A program made the translations under genes and the position numbers. Below are positions 57,645-64,000 of a stretch of DNA of 64,000 bases, piece by piece. Origin of the DNA: Candidatus Obscuribacterales bacterium (GTDB taxonomy: Bacteria > Cyanobacteriota > Vampirovibrionia > Obscuribacterales > Obscuribacteraceae); contig CBDDIJ010000005.1 of assembly GCA_965228855.1 (NCBI GenBank), positions 1,280,001-1,344,000 of the forward strand, read 5' to 3'. Position 1 is the stretch's first letter; every line of letters begins with the position of its first letter. The notes under the pieces are model-generated. The model was not told the origin of the DNA. It was given only the letters and a program-made list of their open reading frames with translations, and did not search any database.

Positions 57645-59048
57645 ATGGCCACTCGTCCATTACCTAGATATTTTGTCAGTCGCTCTGACTCCGAATGGTC
57701 TGAACAAGGCTTGATAAGTCAGTTGGAACCTGTTCATGCCATCGACAGTTTTTTTCTGGGCGGCAGACACGTTGCCGAGCGCGAATGGCTTGTCACGATT
57801 GATGCTGCAGGATTTTTGAAAGCAGTTTCCGATGACGATTTATCGGCGCTACCTGAAGAGGTGCAGCAAGATCTGGCATTCAATGAGGTTATCGGCTCAG
57901 CTGCCAGCAGGACGATAGATGGCCAGGAATTCTACATCTTTCACCTGGAAGCGCTTGAACAGCCGCCGGAAACGCCTGGTCTCAACGATCCTGTCTATCT
58001 CTACGGGACAATGTACGGACCCTTCCCTGCGGCATCGGAAGACTGTTACCGTGGCATTCAAGGACAATTGACGGTAAACAGAATTGACTTACTTGCCGGT
58101 GTAGTCAATTCAGCCCAATATTCATTCCATTATCAAACCGGCGCTGCCGGAGCAACCCAGCGGTGCTTCAACATTCTTCTTCCGGGCGATCGAGAAGAGG
58201 AAATCATGCGCGGAAAAGGGCTGGTCATGACTTATCCGTTAATGCCTGGTGATGTCGGACTCGGAGATCCATGGAATGAGTTCCTCGTCTCCAATCTCAT
58301 TTACGACATGCTTGATGCTCTGAAAGACGACATTCAGAAAGAAAAAGTGAATCACCCACTGAAAGACATGACACTACCAGTGGTGAGCCGGTTTGCATTC
58401 GAGAGTGATTTGAAATCCCAGGGCTACGTGATCAAGGGCGACACGGCGATGCGGCAACCGGGAGCAGCTGGAGGACTTCCGAACATTCTTCCCGATGTTT
58501 TGAATAAACCATTGCCCAAGTCGATCACAAATGCGATCGGCAAAATCATAAAAGACAAGTTCACCCTTCCTCCCGAGGGAGCCGTCGACGACTTTATCGC
58601 TTTGGCACAACAGTCGCTTTTGAAACTGCCTGGCTACCCGCCACCGCGGGCGAAGGCACTTCAGAGTCGTGTGCGCTCAGCTTCCGTCGAAGCTCGCGCC
58701 GGTCAAAGCCGCAAAACAGCGGCGCCGCCCAGACCAATCAAAACGCCCACTGGCTCGGTTTCCACCCCTCCACCCGCTCAAAAATCAAAAAAATCTGAAT
58801 GGATGAATGACTTCATAACCACTCATAGACAGGAACCAGGCAAGACTGAAACCCGGCTCACCAACTTGACTAGCGTGTCTCAGATCGCGCAAAAAGTTTC
58901 TTCCCAGAGACCCTCGAGCAAAAATCCCGAATGGTTAAATGATTTTAGCTCGCAAAATAAACCGAGTAAGGAGGATCGAAAAACAACCCAACCATCAGAG
59001 CACAAGACATCGGAGTCAACGCCTGATTGGATGAAAGATTTCGAATAA
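57645..59048 (+). CDS. hypothetical protein with disordered tail carrying three W(M/L)xDF motifs
   Basis: 467 aa with an AAGGAG RBS. The tail contains SEWMNDF, PEWLNDF and PDWMKDFE. Confidence 0.8.
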   Translation: MATRPLPRYFVSRSDSEWSEQGLISQLEPVHAIDSFFLGGRHVAEREWLVTIDAAGFLKAVSDDDLSALPEEVQQDLAFNEVIGSAASRTIDGQEFYIFHLEALEQPPETPGLNDPVYLYGTMYGPFPAASEDCYRGIQGQLTVNRIDLLAGVVNSAQYSFHYQTGAAGATQRCFNILLPGDREEEIMRGKGLVMTYPLMPGDVGLGDPWNEFLVSNLIYDMLDALKDDIQKEKVNHPLKDMTLPVVSRFAFESDLKSQGYVIKGDTAMRQPGAAGGLPNILPDVLNKPLPKSITNAIGKIIKDKFTLPPEGAVDDFIALAQQSLLKLPGYPPPRAKALQSRVRSASVEARAGQSRKTAAPPRPIKTPTGSVSTPPPAQKSKKSEWMNDFITTHRQEPGKTETRLTNLTSVSQIAQKVSSQRPSSKNPEWLNDFSSQNKPSKEDRKTTQPSEHKTSESTPDWMKDFE

Positions 59049-59123
59049 TCGAAAGGCAATCCTCGTAAATGGAATCCCGTTCTGAGTTGTTAGAAAGCCG
59101 ACGAAGTGTCGGTTAGTAGAAGG

Positions 59124-60071
59124 ATGAAACAAAAACCTATGACGAAAGTGCACGAAAGACCGGTAGAGCCCTTTTCGGACATCCACTTCGAGCATGGCGA
59201 AGTGCGTGCAACGCTGTTGCACGATCCGACCGTCGAAGGTCTCGACATGGCCATCTACCTGGATGGTTCCGGCAGCATGGAAGACGAGTACGAGTACAAA
59301 AAGAAATGGAAAGGAATCGTAAACTGGTTGTTCGGCACCAACACCGAATTTAAACCCAACGTTGTAGAGCCGCAGGTCAGATGGATTCTGGAATACCTGG
59401 CCACAAAGGATCGTAATGGTTTGCTTCGCGTGGCCTACTGGGCCTGTGGAAACAAGTCCTCTATCGAGGTGATCGGCGAACTGAAAGGTCAGGACGTCGA
59501 AAGTTATAAATTCCCGGGTCCAAGTGTTTTCGGATCTTCTACAAACCTGGAGCCGGCGCTTCGCGATTTTGTTTCATACATGAAGGATCAAGCGCTGCGC
59601 GGCGCTCGTCAGGGATGCGCAGTGTTCGTCACGGACGGCGTCATCCACGACGCGGACAGAGTAAAAGCTTTCTGCGATTCGGTTGTACGCGACATGAAAA
59701 ACGGCAAGCTGCCTAGGCTAAACTTCATTCTGGTTGGTGTCGGTGATGGTGTCGACGAAGAACAAATGGAGGACATCTGTCATGCCGAGTATCCCGGATT
59801 TGGACATTTGTGGTGCCACCGAGTAGCCGAGGAAATCAATGAAGTCGCAGAACTGGTTGCCGTACTCGTTGATGAAACGATGACAGTCGCATCAGGTGGT
59901 ATCGTATACGATGACAAGGGAAAAATTGTTGCTCGTTACGAAGCGCGTCTACCCGCCATTCTTGAGTTCAACGTACCCGAAGGCTGTAAGGCCTTTACGC
60001 TCGAAATCAACGGACAGAAGTTTACCCAGCCACTTCCCGAAGACGACGACGATGATGACGATCATCATTAA
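59124..60071 (+). CDS. von Willebrand factor A (MIDAS) domain protein 1 with Asp/His tail
   Basis: Motifs DGSGSM, VTDG and FILVGVG; ends EDDDDDDDHH. The start is 59124 or 59139. Confidence 0.85.
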   Translation: MKQKPMTKVHERPVEPFSDIHFEHGEVRATLLHDPTVEGLDMAIYLDGSGSMEDEYEYKKKWKGIVNWLFGTNTEFKPNVVEPQVRWILEYLATKDRNGLLRVAYWACGNKSSIEVIGELKGQDVESYKFPGPSVFGSSTNLEPALRDFVSYMKDQALRGARQGCAVFVTDGVIHDADRVKAFCDSVVRDMKNGKLPRLNFILVGVGDGVDEEQMEDICHAEYPGFGHLWCHRVAEEINEVAELVAVLVDETMTVASGGIVYDDKGKIVARYEARLPAILEFNVPEGCKAFTLEINGQKFTQPLPEDDDDDDDHH

Positions 60072-60131
60072 ACGATAGCGCTCTCTCCAGGGAATTCGCG
60101 TCTATCAGGTCTTTTCCGAAGGATTAAAACA

Positions 60132-61106
60132 ATGGGTCACAAACACGAAACAATAGTCAAACCGTTTTCTGACGTTCACAACAAAAATGGCACCGTGCTC
60201 GCTACCTTACTGCACGATCCGACCGTAGAAGGGCTTGATGTCGCCCTCTACATGGACGGTTCGGCCAGCATGGAAAACGAATACGGTCCTCGAGGAATAC
60301 TCGCAAAAATTGGAGGCGTCCGAAATCAGGTCGAACCCCAGATGCAGTGGATGCTCGAATACCTCGCCACCAAAGACAAAGACGGTGTCTTGCGCGTCGT
60401 ATATTGGGCTACCGGCGACGGCTCGCAAATTGAAGTGGTCGGCGATTTAACCGGAACCGATGCAAAAAACTACAAGTTTCCAGGTCCCCAGTATTACGGG
60501 AAGGGAACAGTAATGCTGCCGGTTTTGCGCGATTACGTTCAATACATTCGCACGCAGCAAGAAAAGGGAGCTCAACGCGGACTCGCCGTTATCATCACGG
60601 ACAGCCAGATTTACGATGCCAAAGATGTGAGAGCCTATTCGCAACAGGTGGCTAAGGAAATTGAAGGCGGCCGACTCCCTAAACTCAACTTCGTACTCGT
60701 TGGTGTTGGTGAGCACGTTGACGAGGAGCAGATGGAGCAAATCTGCCACGAAGAGTACCCTGGAATCGGGCACCTCTGGTGCCACCGCATTGCGGACCGA
60801 ATGGAGGAGATGGCAGAATTGGTAGCGGTTCTGGTGGATGAAACCATGACCGTCGCTCAGGGCGGCACCATATATGATGACAAAGGGAATGTGATCAAGC
60901 GCTATGAAACTCGACTGCCGGCAGTTCTTGAGTTCAATGTGCCGCCCGGTTGTACAGCGTTCACGCTGGAGATCGCCGGTCAGAAATTCACTCAACCGAT
61001 TCCAGACGAGGATCACCATGACGACGATGATGATGATGATGATGACGATCACCATCAAATGAATCAGCCGCAGCGGAAATCGGGGGGTCATGGACACGGT
61101 CACTAG
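60132..61106 (+). CDS. von Willebrand factor A (MIDAS) domain protein 2 with Asp/His tail
   Basis: Motifs DGSASM and ITDS. Paralog of the upstream gene; ends DHH-poly(D)-HH..GHGHGH. Confidence 0.85.
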   Translation: MGHKHETIVKPFSDVHNKNGTVLATLLHDPTVEGLDVALYMDGSASMENEYGPRGILAKIGGVRNQVEPQMQWMLEYLATKDKDGVLRVVYWATGDGSQIEVVGDLTGTDAKNYKFPGPQYYGKGTVMLPVLRDYVQYIRTQQEKGAQRGLAVIITDSQIYDAKDVRAYSQQVAKEIEGGRLPKLNFVLVGVGEHVDEEQMEQICHEEYPGIGHLWCHRIADRMEEMAELVAVLVDETMTVAQGGTIYDDKGNVIKRYETRLPAVLEFNVPPGCTAFTLEIAGQKFTQPIPDEDHHDDDDDDDDDDHHQMNQPQRKSGGHGHGH

Positions 61107-61149
61107 TGCGACATAATCGGTGTCGGTGAGCGAGTCAACGAGGAAGGAC

Positions 61150-64000
61150 ATGGCTAAGCACGAGCACGGACCGGACTGTAAGCATGAGCACACTCATGAT
61201 TCCGGATGCAATCACGAACACGGTCAGGAGGCAGTTGCTCATGAAGATGAGATATCTGCCCACGCGCATAGCTCGAATTGTGAACACGATCACGAGCATG
61301 GAGAAAAGCATGAGCATGGTCCCGACTGCCATCACGAACACGAACATGAACCCGAGATGATTCGAGTTCATGTGTGTTTAAAACCAGACTGCACTCACGA
61401 TGATGAAGGCGCCGACGGTAACCAACACAGTGCAGACCATGTTCACGGTCCGGACTGCAAGCACGAACACGAACACGAACACGAAGAGAAAGTTCATGTT
61501 CACGGTCCGGGTTGCAAACACGATCACGAACACGAAGAGAAGGTTCATGTCCATGGTCCGGGCTGCAAGCACGATCACGACCACGAAGAGAAGGCTCATT
61601 TACACGGTCCGGGCTGCAAGCACGATCACGAACACGAACACGAAGAGAAGGTTCATGTCCATGGTCCGGGCTGCAAGCATGATCACGACCACGAAGAGAA
61701 GGCTCATGTACACGGTCCGGGCTGCCAGCATGATCACGAACACGAAGAGAAGGCTCATGTCCACGGTCCGGGCTGCAAGCACGATCACGACCACGAAGAG
61801 AAGGTTCATGTCCACGGTCCGGACTGCAAGCATGATCACGACCACGATGAGAAGGCTCATGTCCATGGTCCGGGCTGCAAGCATGATCACGAACACGAAG
61901 ACAAGGTTCATGTCCATGGTCCGGGCTGCAAGCATGATCACGAACACGATGAGAAGGCTCACGTCCACGGTCCAGGATGCTCGCACGGGCACGAGCACGA
62001 GCATGGACACGACCATAATCATGGACACAGTTGCGGGCACGATCACGACCACGATCACGAGCACGGGCACGGATGCGGCGGTCACCACCATCACGTCAAA
62101 GTAGACCCGGACAAACGACGAAAAGAAGCAAAGCTGCAGCAGCGTCCCTCTGAGCAAGGCGGAACCGCCTGCCAGCTTGAACTCGATATTGTAATTCCAG
62201 GCGAAACCGATGAATTTGGAAGGTTCGAACAGCTGGAGCGCGCGCTCGAAGCTCTAGTCGGCGTGGGCGATGTGCATGTTCGACGAGATAGCAACGTGCC
62301 TGAAGTCTGCATACACTATGATGAGACCAAAATTTCACTGGACACACTGCGCGACGCCGTCAACTCCGTTGGACAGGAGGTCAGCAAACGTTATTTGCAA
62401 GGGACCTGGTTCGTCCGCAACATGGACTCCGCGCAATGCGGTTATTTGATCGAACACTCTCTTATGCGGATGAAAGGCGTCCTCACCGCAAACATGGCGT
62501 ACGCGGCGGAGCGACTTGTCATCGAGTATGACCGAGAATTGACCAGCCCGAAAGAGATCGACAAGCGCGTAAAAGCCCTCGGTTATGAACTCGAAGAGCC
62601 CGAGAAGGGTCACGCCTGCTCGTTTCACGCGCACGGAGGCGGACTGGCGCCGAAATTGCAGATGCCTCTTTCGATTGCAGGTGGCATCCTACTTGCAGCT
62701 GGTTTCGTGTATCAACGATTCATTAATCCGTCCGATCAAGTGGTGGGTCAAGCGGCCTTCGGTCTAGCAATGTTATGCGCTGGAATTTTCCCGGCAAAAG
62801 CAGCATTCAACTCTGTTCGCGCGGGAATTGCCGATATTGAGACACTGATGGTACTTGCCGCAGTGGGAGCCGGCTGCCTCGGAGCCTTTTTCGAAGGCGC
62901 GTTTCTGCTTTTCCTCTTCAGCCTCGGCCATGCGCTCGAACACAGGGCAATGGACCAAGCTCGCCATGCAGTCGAAGAGCTTGGCAAACTTCGACCATCA
63001 AAAGCACTTGTAAAACACGGCAACGAAATCTCAGAACAAGACGTTCAAACGGTTCAACGGGGAGATATTGTCATAGTCCGTCCCGGCGACCGCGTTCCGA
63101 TGGACGGTGTAATTCTGGTCGGCAACTCACTTCTCGATCAGGCGACGATAACAGGTGAGTCGGTACCTGTTGCGAAAGGTCCCGGCGAAGATGTTTTTGC
63201 GGGCACCATCAATACCGATGGTTCGCTCGAAATCGAAGTAAAAAAGCTCTCTTCAGAATCCATGCTGGCGAAAATCGTCGATATGGTGTCCGAGGCGGAA
63301 GCGCAAAAAGGAGCTTCCCAGAAATTCGCGCAGAAGATCGAGCGATTATTCGTCCCCATCACGCTGGTCGGTGCAGTAGCACTGACACTATTCCTACTCC
63401 TGGTAGGTCATGAATCGCTCACCGCCTCCGTGTTAAGAGGTATCTCGCTCCTGGTAGCGGCTTCGCCCTGCGCGCTCGCGATCGCGACTCCGGCTGCGGT
63501 ATTGTCGGCGGTGGCACGAGCAGCTAAGGGTGGAGTGCTGATCAAAGGCGGCGTGCATTTGGAAACCTTGGGCAAAGTGGATGCCATCGCGTTCGACAAA
63601 ACCGGCACGCTTACCATAGGGAAGCCGAGCGTAGTCGAAATCAAACCGGAAGATGGAGTGACAATAGACGAACTCATGGCGGCCGCAGCCAGTGCCGAAT
63701 CTCACTCGTCTCATCCACTGGCCGTTGCGATAGTCGAGAGAGCGAAATCGAACAACGTCAAAATTGTAAACCCAGAGAAAAGCGAGGCCGTTCATGGTCA
63801 AGGAATCAAGGCTTCAGCACAAGGAAGAGAAATTTGGGCGGGTAGTTCCAGCTTGTTCACAAACATTCCGCAGAGCGTAATGTCCAGCGCCACGCAACTG
63901 GAAGAGAACGGTAAGACTGTGGTCATAGTCAAAGAGAATGAACGGTTCCTCGGAACCATCGGGATCGCCGATACAGTGCGTAGTGAGACACCGCGCGTCC
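61150..64000 (+). CDS. heavy-metal P1B-type ATPase (SPC motif, P1B-4-like) with very long His/Cys repeat N-terminus; runs off the window
   Basis: ATG at 61150 after AGGAAGGA. In frame are TGES (~63151), [11 protein letters not shown] (SPC at 63463), DKTGT (63595) and SHPLA. It is missing from the ORF track because no stop codon falls in the window. Confidence 0.92.
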   Translation, partial: MAKHEHGPDCKHEHTHDSGCNHEHGQEAVAHEDEISAHAHSSNCEHDHEHGEKHEHGPDCHHEHEHEPEMIRVHVCLKPDCTHDDEGADGNQHSADHVHGPDCKHEHEHEHEEKVHVHGPGCKHDHEHEEKVHVHGPGCKHDHDHEEKAHLHGPGCKHDHEHEHEEKVHVHGPGCKHDHDHEEKAHVHGPGCQHDHEHEEKAHVHGPGCKHDHDHEEKVHVHGPDCKHDHDHDEKAHVHGPGCKHDHEHEDKVHVHGPGCKHDHEHDEKAHVHGPGCSHGHEHEHGHDHNHGHSCGHDHDHDHEHGHGCGGHHHHVKVDPDKRRKEAKLQQRPSEQGGTACQLELDIVIPGETDEFGRFEQLERALEALVGVGDVHVRRDSNVPEVCIHYDETKISLDTLRDAVNSVGQEVSKRYLQGTWFVRNMDSAQCGYLIEHSLMRMKGVLTANMAYAAERLVIEYDRELTSPKEIDKRVKALGYELEEPEKGHACSFHAHGGGLAPKLQMPLSIAGGILLAAGFVYQRFINPSDQVVGQAAFGLAMLCAGIFPAKAAFNSVRAGIADIETLMVLAAVGAGCLGAFFEGAFLLFLFSLGHALEHRAMDQARHAVEELGKLRPSKALVKHGNEISEQDVQTVQRGDIVIVRPGDRVPMDGVILVGNSLLDQATITGESVPVAKGPGEDVFAGTINTDGSLEIEVKKLSSESMLAKIVDMVSEAEAQKGASQKFAQKIERLFVPITLVGAVALTLFLLLVGHESLTASVLRGISLLVAASPCALAIATPAAVLSAVARAAKGGVLIKGGVHLETLGKVDAIAFDKTGTLTIGKPSVVEIKPEDGVTIDELMAAAASAESHSSHPLAVAIVERAKSNNVKIVNPEKSEAVHGQGIKASAQGREIWAGSSSLFTNIPQSVMSSATQLEENGKTVVIVKENERFLGTIGIADTVRSETPRV
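61438..61986 (+). repeat. coding tandem repeat, 11 units of 51 bp (two of 57 bp) encoding H(V/L)HGP(G/D)C(K/Q/S)H-(D/E)H-rich units
   Basis: Units start at 61438, 61495, 61546, 61597, 61654, 61705, 61756, 61807, 61858, 61909 and 61960. Confidence 0.95.

Noticed and set aside
61438..61986. Regular 51-bp repeats resembling a CRISPR array
   Set aside because: There are no unique spacers, unit lengths are multiples of 3, the repeats are in frame within the ATPase CDS, and no cas genes are present.
61135..62157. ORF-track entries 61400..62104 (+), 61600..62157 (-), 61378..61599 (-) and 61135..61371 (-)
   Set aside because: These are shadow frames of the His-rich repeat. The real frame starts at 61150 and continues into TGES, SPC and DKTGT.

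Overview
A 64 kb bacterial chromosomal segment with about 50 CDS. I found no rRNA, tRNA, CRISPR array, integrase or transposase. The gene style (Cys-cluster Ser/Thr kinase, stand-alone multi-MshEN protein, many signal-peptide+TPR proteins, large low-complexity orphans) suggests a non-photosynthetic cyanobacterial relative such as Obscuribacterales/Vampirovibrionia. That assignment is an inference, not a marker-gene result. Recognisable content includes an NCS1 permease, crotonase, SDR, SulP, hydrolases, YyaL-like thioredoxin protein, GcvR-like ACT protein, PaaI thioesterase, TolC, an ECF sigma factor with a partner gene, azoR with a divergent AraC regulator, a general-stress cluster (GlsB, ferritin-like, BON, glycine zipper), ACT-malic enzyme, and a dTDP-rhamnose cluster interrupted by an orphan DUF6088/AbiEi-like gene. 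Most notable: (1) an apparent metal operon at the right end, with two paralogous vWA proteins bearing His/Asp tails followed by a P1B-4-type ATPase (absent from the ORF track) carrying 11 tandem HVHGPGCKH repeats; (2) a conserved ~170 aa C-terminal domain shared by two otherwise unrelated exported proteins; (3) a degenerate defence-type nuclease-like domain fused to TPR and membrane segments; (4) a cryptic kinase-like domain at the end of a toxin-like protein; (5) a repeated structured intergenic motif. Family calls come from motif recognition only; no database search was run.
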